Shown here: one piece after another, positions 10,597-19,767 of the stretch
Layout: every line of letters begins with the position of its first letter
Numbering within the stretch: the stretch's first letter is position 1
NCBI GenBank assembly: GCA_963718895.1
Contig: CAVRAG010000008.1
Span: 1,280,001 to 1,344,000 of the forward strand
Direction of reading: 5' to 3'
DNA: 64,000 nt
Source of the DNA: an uncultured Nitrososphaerota archaeon
GTDB taxonomy: Archaea > Thermoproteota > Nitrososphaeria > Nitrososphaerales > Gagatemarchaeaceae
Position numbers and translations under genes: made by a program
The notes under the pieces: generated by a model
The model's input: the letters and a program-made list of their open reading frames with translations, nothing else
Database searches by the model: none
Told to the model about the DNA's origin: nothing

Positions 10597-11472
10597 TCAC
10601 GCGTAGCCTTTTTCTTTGGCCTTCGAGAGGAGAGCGCCGGCCTCTGCTTCCGCTTTTCCGAATATGGCAGGAGCGCTCTCGGGGGTGATCTCGCCGACCT
10701 CGACCGCCAGGGCCATGGCCTCTCTGTACGCCTTCGCAATTATCTCAGGCGCCGTGTCCTTGGTCAGGTAGCCGATGTATACGGCGAACCCATGGGCCGA
10801 GGCGAATCCTGAGATGAGGCTCTGCCTGTACTGTTCCAGGTCTATGGCGACAGCGTCGGCCGCGTAGATCAGGCCGTTGTCGTATGCTAGCGCTATGGAA
10901 AGGCCCGCTCGGATGGGCTTGATGCCGAGCTTCGAGAGCAGGCTCGCGAGCTTCGGCGATATTGAGCTGCCCGCCTTTGCGGCGACCGAGTCCTTCACGA
11001 TCCAGATGCTGCCCGACTCGATCTTGGTCGGGATGCCAGCCTCCCTGAACTCGCTGAGGACAGGCCCGGCAGGCTGCCCGGTGTTGCCCGCAGGCACGAC
11101 GATGTCCGTCGGCGCGATGTCGCCTGCCCTCGCGGCCAGGCTGACGCGGTTCTTCTCGAGCAGGAGGTAGAGCTTGAAGGGGTCGAGGCTCGAGAAGAGG
11201 AGCGCGTTCTGTCCGGTGAAGTGCTTGAGGAGCTCGTCGGCGTTCTTGATTCCGGCCCTCTTCAGCGCTAGCTTCGCCAGGTTGTTCTTGACGACCACGA
11301 TCTCGGCGTTGCCGCGGAGGACCTTCCTCACCGCCATCAGCTGGGCGGAACGGACCTTGGAGAGCTGTGTTACGACGATGACGGGGTACTTGTTCGACAG
11401 CTTCGAGATCTTTTCTACGGTGGCGATCTTCTTCTCGCTGTAATCTCGCTGGGCCTGTACCTGCTGGCTCAT
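10597..11472 (-). CDS. rpl10: 50S ribosomal protein L10 (P0)
   Basis: VVKNNL, ARAGDIAPTDIVVPAGNTG..AGP motifs. Confidence 0.95.
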   Translation of the reverse strand: MSQQVQAQRDYSEKKIATVEKISKLSNKYPVIVVTQLSKVRSAQLMAVRKVLRGNAEIVVVKNNLAKLALKRAGIKNADELLKHFTGQNALLFSSLDPFKLYLLLEKNRVSLAARAGDIAPTDIVVPAGNTGQPAGPVLSEFREAGIPTKIESGSIWIVKDSVAAKAGSSISPKLASLLSKLGIKPIRAGLSIALAYDNGLIYAADAVAIDLEQYRQSLISGFASAHGFAVYIGYLTKDTAPEIIAKAYREAMALAVEVGEITPESAPAIFGKAEAEAGALLSKAKEKGYA

Positions 11473-12122
11473 GACTCGCTTACCTTGCTCTTCACGGGCT
11501 TGCCCATGGTCGTCTTCACTATGACGGTCCTGATGTTCCTGTCACCGTTCGGCAGCTTCTTCTGGACGGCCGCGACCATCGCCAGGATGTTGTCCGCAAG
11601 GTCGGCGTCGGAGAGCTTCCTGTCTCCCACCTTCGCCGCCACGGCGAGCGCGGCCCTGCTGCGGACCCTCACTGCGGTCCTCGTGCGCGTTATCATGGTC
11701 TCGATGGGGGCGTTCGGGGGGACTGGTGTGGGGATCTTGCCCTTCGGGCCCAGAGAGGTTCCGAGAATCTTGCCTATCCTCGGCATGAGCGCCGTGTCGG
11801 CCAGGAAGAAGTCGTACTGCCGTGCGAGCTTCTTCGCCTCTTTCTTGTTTCCCGCGAAGTTCTCGAGCTGCGACGGCTCGAGGGTCCCCTCGACTCCGGC
11901 GTTCTTCGCCCTCAGCAGGAGGTCGCCCGAGCCTATGAAGCAGATCGTGGACTTGTGGGACCCGGGATGCGGCAGATAGACCGTCTCGTTGATGTTCAGG
12001 TCGGTCTTCTTTGGGTCAACGTCCTTGAACGTGATCACAGATTCAACCGTCTCGGGGAACTTCCTCTCCTTGGACTCTTTCCCCCTCTTGACAAGATCCG
12101 CAAGCTGAACGTTCGTAAGCAA
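11469..12122 (-). CDS. rpl1: 50S ribosomal protein L1
   Basis: RKFPETVE, LGPKGKIP, VKTTMG. Confidence 0.95.
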   Translation of the reverse strand: MLTNVQLADLVKRGKESKERKFPETVESVITFKDVDPKKTDLNINETVYLPHPGSHKSTICFIGSGDLLLRAKNAGVEGTLEPSQLENFAGNKKEAKKLARQYDFFLADTALMPRIGKILGTSLGPKGKIPTPVPPNAPIETMITRTRTAVRVRSRAALAVAAKVGDRKLSDADLADNILAMVAAVQKKLPNGDRNIRTVIVKTTMGKPVKSKVSES

Positions 12123-12191
12123 TTCTAATCCCGAAAGCCAGACCGAGCCTCAGGACTCTGATTAAAAGAGTTTCGCTCGATCAGTAGGGCG

Positions 12192-12935
12192 CTAAGCCAG
12201 TTGGACCCGGTCGCCGACCCGCAGGATGCCCTCTGCGATAGCCGTGCACATGACTCCCAAGCTGCCGCCGTGCACCCCCTGGATGGTCTGGAGTATCTGG
12301 GCGTCCTCGACGATTCCAGGCTGACCCATCGTGGTGACCTTGCAGCGCGCGTTCGGCTTCTCGACGCGCAGGCGCAGATCCCCAAGCTCGATGTCCCTGC
12401 CGACCCATCCGTCTTCGACGCAACCCTGCAGATCCTGCTCCGTGGCCACGAGGATGTTCGGGCGGAACCGCCTGACATCGAAGGCTCCTTTGGGATACGC
12501 CCTCGTCATGTGCGCGAGGGACGCCGTCGACAGGAGGTGCAGCGTCCGACCCGCCCGGACCCTTGACTCCACGATCCTCGGGTACCTAACGAGCTCAACA
12601 TCATCGCCCAGCGACGCACTGACCAGCCGGTTCATCTCAGGATCGTTGGTCGTACAGACCGTGGCCCCGGAGGTCTCTATCGTGACTTCGTGCTCTCCTT
12701 CCGGGTCACCAGACAGCCTGGCCGTGAGCTCGAGCATCGCCGGGTGGCCGAGGGACTCTCCCCAGGAGAAGAGGTAGGACTTGGGGTCGAGGATTCTGTT
12801 GGATCTGACCGATCGGAGAGCGTAGAGATGGTCTCCTGGGACACCGGTAGACAGGACCCTGCTCTCTTCGAGCCTCTCGCCCTGCAACCCGTTCACAGGG
12901 TAGCGCCAAATCTCGGCAACCCGTCCGAGGGTCAT
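12192..12935 (-). CDS. MOSC domain protein
   Basis: IWRYPV..LQGE, RRFRPNI, RCKVTT, GVMC...GILRVGD. Confidence 0.88.
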   Translation of the reverse strand: MTLGRVAEIWRYPVNGLQGERLEESRVLSTGVPGDHLYALRSVRSNRILDPKSYLFSWGESLGHPAMLELTARLSGDPEGEHEVTIETSGATVCTTNDPEMNRLVSASLGDDVELVRYPRIVESRVRAGRTLHLLSTASLAHMTRAYPKGAFDVRRFRPNILVATEQDLQGCVEDGWVGRDIELGDLRLRVEKPNARCKVTTMGQPGIVEDAQILQTIQGVHGGSLGVMCTAIAEGILRVGDRVQLA

Positions 12936-12962
12936 CGTGCTTCGTTGTGATGGAGCTCGGCT

Positions 12963-13463
12963 TTACTTCTTTGCCTCGAAGGCAGCTATGGCCGCGTCCC
13001 ACTTGCCCGCTTCGATCTGCTCCGTGAACTGCCGGGGATCCGTGTCCTCGACCTTGAGGCCCATGCTGACGCAGCTGCCGACGACCTCCTTGACCGAGGA
13101 CTTTATCGACTTGGCGTAGGAGTCGTTGATCTTGATCTTCGCTATGCCGAGGACCTTCTCGAAGGTCACGTTCCCGACGAAATCGACGTTGGGTTTGCCG
13201 GAGCCCTTGGGAATGGCCGCCTCCTTGACGAGGAGCGCCGAGGTGGTGGGCGTGCCGACCGAGACGGTGAACTTCTTGGTCTCCTGGTCGACCTCCACCT
13301 TCACAGGGACCTTCATCCCCTTGAAATCGGCCGTGATAGCGTTAATCTCGTTGACGACCTGCAGGACGTTGATCCCGAGCGGTCCGATGGCCGGGCCTAA
13401 CGGAGCCCCGGCAGACGCCTCTCCTCCCGTGACTAGAACCGAGATGATCTTCTTTTCTCCCAT
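12963..13463 (-). CDS. rpl11: 50S ribosomal protein L11
   Basis: GGEASAGAPLGPAIGPLG, PTTSALL, GSCVSMG. Confidence 0.96.
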   Translation of the reverse strand: MGEKKIISVLVTGGEASAGAPLGPAIGPLGINVLQVVNEINAITADFKGMKVPVKVEVDQETKKFTVSVGTPTTSALLVKEAAIPKGSGKPNVDFVGNVTFEKVLGIAKIKINDSYAKSIKSSVKEVVGSCVSMGLKVEDTDPRQFTEQIEAGKWDAAIAAFEAKK

Positions 13464-13632
13464 AACCAGCACTTCTTCGATTGACGGCTCCCGGCAACGT
13501 ATCTAAAGGTTTTCTGATGAGCCGGACGGCAGGTTTCGACGATGTGGGGAAGAGTCCCCCGTTGAGAGGTGCCGGGCGCCCCGGCCCAGAATCAAGCTGC
13601 GGGAAAGCGATTCTCCTGCCGGGAAGCCGAGA

Positions 13633-14115
13633 CTATTCCTTCTTTGGGGCGTCTGGCTTCGCTTTTTCTACGATCTTCAGGTAGGCAGCGTCGACCGTCA
13701 CCGGAAGCTGGTACGGGGTGTCCAGCAGAACGACGGTGACTTCCTGCTTCGCGGTCTCTATGCGGACTATCTTGGCGCGCATGGTCTTGAACGGTCCGGC
13801 CACTATCTCTACGATGTCGCTGTCGGATAGCTCCGCGACCATGGACTTTGTGACCAGGAACTTCTCTATGTCCTGAAACTGCATCATCCCCGGGATCTTG
13901 CTGCGGACGTGCTTGAAACCCTGGATGGACTCGTCGACCACCTGGGAGTTCGGCGCTTCGAAGAGGACGTAGCCCTTCCAGGTGTCGAGCGCCAGGATGG
14001 AGTAGATTGACTTCTTCTTCTGCATCGCCTTGTTGGCGACGAAGGTCGCCACCGTCCTCTCCTGTCCTCCGGTGGTCTTGACCGGGTAAATCGAGCTCTG
14101 TTTCTGTTCTGACAA
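13633..14115 (-). CDS. spt5: Transcription elongation factor Spt5/NusG
   Basis: KTTGGQE, KGYVLFE, KOW motif VEIVAGPFK. Confidence 0.95.
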   Translation of the reverse strand: MSEQKQSSIYPVKTTGGQERTVATFVANKAMQKKKSIYSILALDTWKGYVLFEAPNSQVVDESIQGFKHVRSKIPGMMQFQDIEKFLVTKSMVAELSDSDIVEIVAGPFKTMRAKIVRIETAKQEVTVVLLDTPYQLPVTVDAAYLKIVEKAKPDAPKKE

Positions 14116-14129
14116 GCTTCCACTCTCTC

Positions 14130-14306
14130 CTATCCGAAGATGTTCGGCAGCACGGTGGAGATGAACTTGATCAGGAACCCCATGGTCCCGACGACGGCGA
14201 CGCCCAACAGGACGAGCTTGAGATAGAGCACGAACTGGTCCCTGTCGCTTTTCTTGGACAGTCTAATCACTGACCCCATCGACTTCAGGAAATCACGAAC
14301 GGTCAA
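14130..14306 (-). CDS. secE: Protein translocase subunit SecE/Sec61gamma (58 aa), not in ORF track
   Basis: Manual translation MTVRDFLKSMGSVIRLSKKSDRDQFVLYLKLVLLGVAVVGTMGFLIKFISTVLPNIFG; expected position upstream of spt5. Confidence 0.9.
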   Translation of the reverse strand: MTVRDFLKSMGSVIRLSKKSDRDQFVLYLKLVLLGVAVVGTMGFLIKFISTVLPNIFG

Positions 14307-14460
14307 AGCTGAAAGCTAACCTTGGAACCAGCCAGGGAGACCTCTTTATAAAAGTACCCCGTTTCCCGGGGAGGAAGCTTCCGTGCGACGGGAGGTCCAG
14401 CGTCGTTCCGCCGGTCAAACGTTTTTCTCCCTCTGCGAGACGGGTCCATGAAGGAGACAG

Positions 14461-15288
14461 ATGGCACCCGAAGGCTCACCGGCGACGGTACTGATAACCT
14501 CGACCAAGGACGAGGCTTCCGCCACAATCGCCAAGGGGTTGCTGAAGAACCACGGCTTTGCGTCGACCGAGATAGCGCTGAAGGGGAAGACGGTCTACCA
14601 GAAGGGTTCCTTGCTCCTGGCGACCATCGACGCGGAGATAATCAGTCCGCCAGACCTAGACACCTACTTCAACCCGCAGGCCTACATCTTCCTGTCAAGG
14701 CACTACGCGGAGTCGGGGATTCCCTCGCTCACGGTCCACACGACCGGCAACTTCACCGACAAGCCGGCGCTCGGCGGCAGACCGAAGGAGGTGGGAGGGG
14801 TCAACCCCGACCTGCTGAAGAACTACCTCCTGGCACTGGACAAGCGGAAGGATGACCTGAAGGGGTACGAGGTGACGCTCGAGGCGACCCACCACGGTCC
14901 GACCTCCCTCAAGAAACCGGTGCTGTTCGTGGAGCTGGGCTCCTCAGAGAAGAACTGGGGGGACGAGCGTGCCGGGGAGGTCATCGGGGACGCTCTGATT
15001 GAAGCCCTCACCCAGGGAAGGTCGTGGGACAAGGTGGCCATGGCCTTCGGCGGGACGCACTATCCAGCGAAGTTCAACAAGCTCCTGCTCGAGAGCGACA
15101 TCGCACTCACGACCGTCGTGGCGAAGCACTCCCTCGACGGCGTTGACAGCGAGATGTTCGGCCAGATAATCCAGAAGACGTCGAAGTTCCCCCGTCTCGT
15201 CGCGCTCGACTGGAAGGGGATGGGTCAGCATAAGGAGAAGATCCTGGGCTTCGCCGGGCAGTTCGCGCTCGAGGTCATGAGACTCTGA
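14461..15288 (+). CDS. dtdA: D-aminoacyl-tRNA deacylase (DTD2)
   Basis: FLSRH, LTVHTTGN, EATHHGP, FVELGS, FGGTHY. Confidence 0.93.
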   Translation: MAPEGSPATVLITSTKDEASATIAKGLLKNHGFASTEIALKGKTVYQKGSLLLATIDAEIISPPDLDTYFNPQAYIFLSRHYAESGIPSLTVHTTGNFTDKPALGGRPKEVGGVNPDLLKNYLLALDKRKDDLKGYEVTLEATHHGPTSLKKPVLFVELGSSEKNWGDERAGEVIGDALIEALTQGRSWDKVAMAFGGTHYPAKFNKLLLESDIALTTVVAKHSLDGVDSEMFGQIIQKTSKFPRLVALDWKGMGQHKEKILGFAGQFALEVMRL

Positions 15289-15314
15289 CGGACCTTTGGC
15301 AGGGCCCGCAGTCC

Positions 15315-16220
15315 TCATCCAATGAGTGAGTCGACGAAGGCGACGGCGTCGAACTTCTTCAGGTCCTTGTATTCCTGCCCGACGCCGAGAAAGAGGATGG
15401 GCCGGTTGGTCGTGTAGGCGATGGAGAGCGCTGCGCCTCCCTTGGTGTCGGCGTCAGTTTTGGTCAGTATCGCGCCGTCGAAACCGGTGTACTTGTTGAA
15501 GAGCTGTGCCTGAGAGATCGCGTCGTTGCCGGCCAGCGAGTCGCCTATGAATATCTTGAAGTCGGGGTTGACGACCCTCACGATCTTCCCCATCTCCTCC
15601 ATCAGGTTCTGGTTGGTCTGCATCCTCCCAGCGGTGTCCACGAGGAGGACGTCGACATGGTGGGCCTTTGCGTACAGCGCGCCGTCCCTGGCCACGGCGG
15701 CGGGGTCGGCACCGTACCTCTGCGCAATCACCTTCACGGAGATCCTGTCAGCGTGCTCGGAGAGCTGCTCTATGGCCCCCGCCCTGTGAGTATCTCCCGC
15801 AGCGACCACGACGGAGTAGCCGGCCTGCCTGAGCAGGTATGCGACCTTGGCCACGGTCGTGGTCTTGCCGGTACCGTTGATGCCCAGGAAGAGTATGGTG
15901 AACGGTTCTCCCCTCTTCTTCTTCTCGTCGATGAGCTTGAAGAGATCCACGTTCCCCGCCTTCGTGAAGATGCCGGTCATGGTGGTCCGGAGCCTCTCGC
16001 GCACCAGAGAACCCGCGTCCTTCGAGCGCTCCACGCTGAGCCCGGTCATCTGTGCCTTGAGGGACCCGGCCATGCTCTCTACGACCTCCTGGGCTACGTC
16101 GCTCTCCAGCAGCGTGATCTGGAAGTTCTGGAGAGCCTCGTCGAGGTCCTTCTCCGAGAGCTTCTTCTCGGAGACTACCTTCGTGAGGGAAGAGAAAGCC
16201 TCTCTGAGCTTCTCGAACAA
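15315..16220 (-). CDS. ftsY: Signal recognition particle receptor FtsY
   Basis: GINGTGKTTT, DTHRAGA, DTAGR, TKTDAD.KGG, GVGQ. Confidence 0.96.
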   Translation of the reverse strand: MFEKLREAFSSLTKVVSEKKLSEKDLDEALQNFQITLLESDVAQEVVESMAGSLKAQMTGLSVERSKDAGSLVRERLRTTMTGIFTKAGNVDLFKLIDEKKKRGEPFTILFLGINGTGKTTTVAKVAYLLRQAGYSVVVAAGDTHRAGAIEQLSEHADRISVKVIAQRYGADPAAVARDGALYAKAHHVDVLLVDTAGRMQTNQNLMEEMGKIVRVVNPDFKIFIGDSLAGNDAISQAQLFNKYTGFDGAILTKTDADTKGGAALSIAYTTNRPILFLGVGQEYKDLKKFDAVAFVDSLIG

Positions 16221-16226
16221 GGCGGC

Positions 16227-16647
16227 TTACTGACCTTGTCTGCTCAGGAGCGATTGCAGCGCCCTCTGGTCAGAGTCCAGCCTCTGCGCGATCTGGTTCC
16301 GCTGGGAGGCTATCGAAGAGATGTCCTGCTCTAGGTCGTTGGCCCGGGCCTCCATGAACTTGGTGGCGTCCTCCCTGGTCTTCTCCACGACCACGTTGGC
16401 GCCGATGTTCAGCAGGACCTTGTCGGTCTTCGGGGGGCTCGCGCGGAGGAGTATCCCGCCCCCGACCGGCACCAGCACCTCCTCGGTCGATGACGAGCTG
16501 AGTCCCTTCATCGTTTCGAGGGAGGACCTGCTCTCGATCTAGAATCCTCTCCAGAAGGCTCTGGCGAGATGATAGGTCGTTGTACGTGCTCTCGAGCACC
16601 CTCACCTCCGCCACCAGGTTGTTGACCCTCTCCTCTTCTTTGCTCAA
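16227..16647 (-). CDS. pfdA: Prefoldin alpha subunit, split by a +1 frameshift near 16539
   Basis: N-half in ORF 16270..16647, C-half (EVLVPVGGG..VLLNIGANVVVEK) in ORF 16227..16511; removing one base restores a single frame; conserved position between aIF6 and ftsY. Confidence 0.88.
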
Positions 16648-16737
16648 TGCGAACTCTGGCTCCAGCCCGTTCAGACCCTTTTTAACGTTCCGTGCAGGAT
16701 ATCCGCGAAAGTTGGAGCGTGCCGGGGGCGAAGGCGC

Positions 16738-17403
16738 TCAGACGTTGAGTGCCTTTGTCAGGAACATGAGCTCTGGACCCGTGGTGAGGTTCCCGACAAC
16801 GGCGTTCGACGAGTTGGCTATCAGCCCGGATGTCAGGAAAGGGATGCCCCCGTTGACCGAGGCGGGGTACGCCTCGACCTTGAAGATGCCTCCGACTTCC
16901 TCCACCTCCTTCTCGGTCAGCTTGGGATAGACGGCGGCCCCGCTGTTGGTGGCGACGATCAGCGCGCCGACCTGGACGTAGTGCTCGATGGTCAGCCTGT
17001 GGACCTCCACGTCGAGCACGTCCTTGATCTGGGAAACCGCCACGCCGTCAAGTATCGGGGAGACCACCGCTCCGCTGTCGTTGGCCGCGACGAGATTGCC
17101 CACGGCCGTGAACTTGGAGTCGAATTTCTCCACCCTCAGCCCGGTCTGGGATGCAATCTCCCTCACCTCGTAGTCCTCGACCATGCGGGAGACGACCATC
17201 CCCTTGTTGTTCATGGCAATCAGCGGCCCGAGGAGCCTCGTACCCTCGACCGAGACGAATACGGGCGAGACCCGCAGGTTGTCCGCGAGCATCTTGGACT
17301 TGGTCGAGGCTATGCCCTTCGGCGCCAGGAGGAACTTGTCGTTGGCCCTCATGAAGATTCCGATGTTCGGGCTCCTGTAGACCTCTACTAGGTAGAGACC
17401 CAT
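16738..17403 (-). CDS. eif6: Translation initiation factor aIF6
   Basis: SPNIGIF, AVGNLVAAND, SVNGG, GNLTTGPEL. Confidence 0.95.
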   Translation of the reverse strand: MGLYLVEVYRSPNIGIFMRANDKFLLAPKGIASTKSKMLADNLRVSPVFVSVEGTRLLGPLIAMNNKGMVVSRMVEDYEVREIASQTGLRVEKFDSKFTAVGNLVAANDSGAVVSPILDGVAVSQIKDVLDVEVHRLTIEHYVQVGALIVATNSGAAVYPKLTEKEVEEVGGIFKVEAYPASVNGGIPFLTSGLIANSSNAVVGNLTTGPELMFLTKALNV

Positions 17404-17685
17404 CTAGGAAGACACTGGCTCGGGTGCCAGGCGAACGAAAACGACCCCGTCCTCGTCCCTTTCCATCTCGAGCCTGATCCTCCTCGGAGGGTTCGTTATT
17501 CCGCGGGACCAGAGCAGCTCGTTCACGCCCTTCTCGATCTTCACTTCGGTGGCCTTCATGTGCCTGGTCGTGAACTCTCGAATGATCCTTATCGCCACCT
17601 TCGCTCTCCTATACTTGGGTGCCTCGAAGGCTCTGCGCAGCGGCACCATGTAGACGCGGGTCAGCGGTTCTAGGTTCGATGACAT
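17404..17685 (-). CDS. rpl31e: 50S ribosomal protein L31e
   Basis: YMVPLRR..PKYRRA, LWSRGITNPPRRIR. Confidence 0.95.
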   Translation of the reverse strand: MSSNLEPLTRVYMVPLRRAFEAPKYRRAKVAIRIIREFTTRHMKATEVKIEKGVNELLWSRGITNPPRRIRLEMERDEDGVVFVRLAPEPVSS

Positions 17686-17691
17686 GCGCTA

Positions 17692-17850
17692 TCACTTTTG
17701 CCGGAGCTTTTGTCTCCGCCAGTCCCTCTGCTTCGGGTTGAACCTGACGTTCCTGTTGGTCTTGATCACGACCCAGGTCGGGACAGGCGCGGCCTGCTTC
17801 CTTGCCTTCATGAGGCGGTTCTTCTTTGACTTGTCTTTTACGCTCCCCAT
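17692..17850 (-). CDS. rpl39e: 50S ribosomal protein L39e (52 aa), not in ORF track
   Basis: Manual translation MGSVKDKSKKNRLMKARKQAAPVPTWVVIKTNRNVRFNPKQRDWRRQKLRQK. Confidence 0.93.
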   Translation of the reverse strand: MGSVKDKSKKNRLMKARKQAAPVPTWVVIKTNRNVRFNPKQRDWRRQKLRQK

Positions 17851-17853
17851 AGC

Positions 17854-18138
17854 TCAAATCCTCCTTATCGTGAATTCCCTCTTCTTCCCCTGCATCGAGC
17901 CGAGCAACTCCTTCAGCATGTCGTCATCTATCACCTGCTTGAGCTTCCCCGCCGTCGCCATCTGGATAATGTAGTCCTCGATCGTCTGGGCAATCTGGGG
18001 CTTCACCATCTTGACGTTTGCCAGGCGCTGTCGGGCCTCCGAGGTCAGGGCCATGCGCATTATGTTCTCGCGGAGGGCCCTCTTCTCCTTGTCCTCCTGT
18101 TGGTCCTTTCTCGGTTGACTATCCCTCTGTTCGGACAA
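17854..18138 (-). CDS. PDCD5-like DNA-binding protein
   Basis: LTSEARQRLANVKMVKP motif; conserved location next to S19e. Confidence 0.92.
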   Translation of the reverse strand: MSEQRDSQPRKDQQEDKEKRALRENIMRMALTSEARQRLANVKMVKPQIAQTIEDYIIQMATAGKLKQVIDDDMLKELLGSMQGKKREFTIRRI

Positions 18139-18144
18139 ATCCCA

Positions 18145-18600
18145 TCACCCGTATCTTGCCAGTGCAGGAATATCCTTCGAGAGCTCCTTAAAAACGTCTT
18201 TGCTGACCTTGTCCATCAGCGCCACTCCCTTCGGGGTCAGTACTCTGCCCTTGTTTCCTTGTTTCGTGACCAGATCCGCCTGTTCCATATCCTTCAGCGC
18301 GTTTCTGATGATTGAACCGCCGGAATCTCGGTGATGCTTCGGATAGTACGCCAGCGCCTTGCTGCCTCCGTAGGCGGACTCGAGCTGCTGCAGCCCGACC
18401 GGGCCCTGCAGGTACACCTTCCTTAGCAGGGAGGCGGCCCTCGTGTACCACCAGTCAGCCTGCTGGGGTGGTCTCTCGGCATGGGAGCCGGTCTTCACAT
18501 AGGCGGCCCACTGCGGGGGCTCGAGCTCTGGGACCCTCTTCAGATGCTCCGCTAAGGCCTTGATCAGTTTGTCTGCAGGTACATCATGGACACGGACCAT
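18145..18600 (-). CDS. rps19e: 30S ribosomal protein S19e
   Basis: VKTGSHAERPP, WWYTRAASLLRKVY. Confidence 0.96.
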   Translation of the reverse strand: MVRVHDVPADKLIKALAEHLKRVPELEPPQWAAYVKTGSHAERPPQQADWWYTRAASLLRKVYLQGPVGLQQLESAYGGSKALAYYPKHHRDSGGSIIRNALKDMEQADLVTKQGNKGRVLTPKGVALMDKVSKDVFKELSKDIPALARYG

Positions 18601-18643
18601 CTTTTTCCACGGAGTGAATTGGTCAGCCCTGGCCGCTGTATAT

Positions 18644-18970
18644 TTAAGCGTGACCCGAGATTTTCTTTCGGTTCACGTAGCCGCACTCGCCGCAGGTGAC
18701 CATGAGGAACTTGCCAGGGCCCAGTCTGACCCTGGCGTTGATCCCCGGGTAGAGGAGGCCCTTGCAGCCGTGACAGAAGAAGCGCTTCAGGGACCAGTCG
18801 TACCTGACGTTGAACTTCAGCATGACCCTCCTCGCCAGCGAGGCCTGAGCCTTGGCCAGGGCGACGTCGCCCGGAGCGGTCGCGACTGCCATCTCAATCA
18901 GCGTCGCGGCCGTCTGGGCGGCTTCCTTCTTGGCCTCCCTTCTCTTCACGCTCCTGCCACCCGCAGACAA
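18644..18970 (-). CDS. rnp4: RNase P protein component Rpp21
   Basis: KRFFCHGC..LYPG.NARVR..TCGECG. Confidence 0.88.
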   Translation of the reverse strand: MSAGGRSVKRREAKKEAAQTAATLIEMAVATAPGDVALAKAQASLARRVMLKFNVRYDWSLKRFFCHGCKGLLYPGINARVRLGPGKFLMVTCGECGYVNRKKISGHA

Positions 18971-18999
18971 GCATTAATCGTAGCCGGTTTCTCGTCCGC

Positions 19000-19692
19000 A
19001 TGGTGCTGAACCTAGTCATCGCCGAGGCCGCGCTCGAGCTGGTGCCGAGCGAGATCTCCCGCCACGCCTCTGTCCGGAACGACGCGAGGCGGAGGGAGCT
19101 CGACCCCTCCGGGATACTCTTGGACAGGAGCATCCACCACGGGGCTATGCTCAAGCTGGAGGAGGACTACAAGCGGGGTCGGCCGGACCTGGTGCACCTG
19201 ACGCTCCTGAGCGTCACGAGCACCCCCCTGTATCAGGCGGGCGGGGTGAAGGTCTTCATCCACACCCGGGACGACGTGGTGCTCGATTTCAGGGAGAGGA
19301 CCAGGCCCCCGAAGAGCTACTTCAGGTTCAGGGACCTCATGCAGCACGCGCTGATTGAGAGGCCCGATTCCGGACTGATCTCGGTCCATGAGGCCTCAAT
19401 CTCCACGCTCCTGAAGCGGATCGGTCCGTGCCTAGCGATAGGGCTCTCCGTCCAGGGGACGCCCGTCAAGCTCGAGGACCTGGCACTCCGGCTGTCGGGT
19501 GCCAAGGACCCCGTGGTGCTGGTGGGCGGGTTCCCAAAGGGACACTTCACCCCTGAGACTTCGGAGGTGCTGGACCAGCTAGCGAGAATCGATTCGAGTC
19601 CCATGGACGCTCACGTGGTCGCCGCCCGGCTGGTGTACGAAGTCGAGAAGCTACATGGGGCGACGAATCGGCCGCCGACCTCGCGGGCTTGA
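19000..19692 (+). CDS. nep1: 16S rRNA N1-pseudouridine methyltransferase Nep1
   Basis: EAALELVP, KRGRPDLVH, RPPKSYFRF, VGGFPKG. Confidence 0.93.
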   Translation: MVLNLVIAEAALELVPSEISRHASVRNDARRRELDPSGILLDRSIHHGAMLKLEEDYKRGRPDLVHLTLLSVTSTPLYQAGGVKVFIHTRDDVVLDFRERTRPPKSYFRFRDLMQHALIERPDSGLISVHEASISTLLKRIGPCLAIGLSVQGTPVKLEDLALRLSGAKDPVVLVGGFPKGHFTPETSEVLDQLARIDSSPMDAHVVAARLVYEVEKLHGATNRPPTSRA

Positions 19693-19767
19693 TGGAAGAA
19701 TTCCCTAGAAGAATTCAGCTGTTGGAGCTAAGTAAGCAATCCGATATCTGCCCATCGCGTAGTTATC

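Noticed and set aside
13514-13540. Hammerhead-ribozyme-like CTGATGA-GCC-GGAC-GGC
   Set aside because: The required GAAA after stem II is absent (AGG follows), and stems I/III could not be formed.
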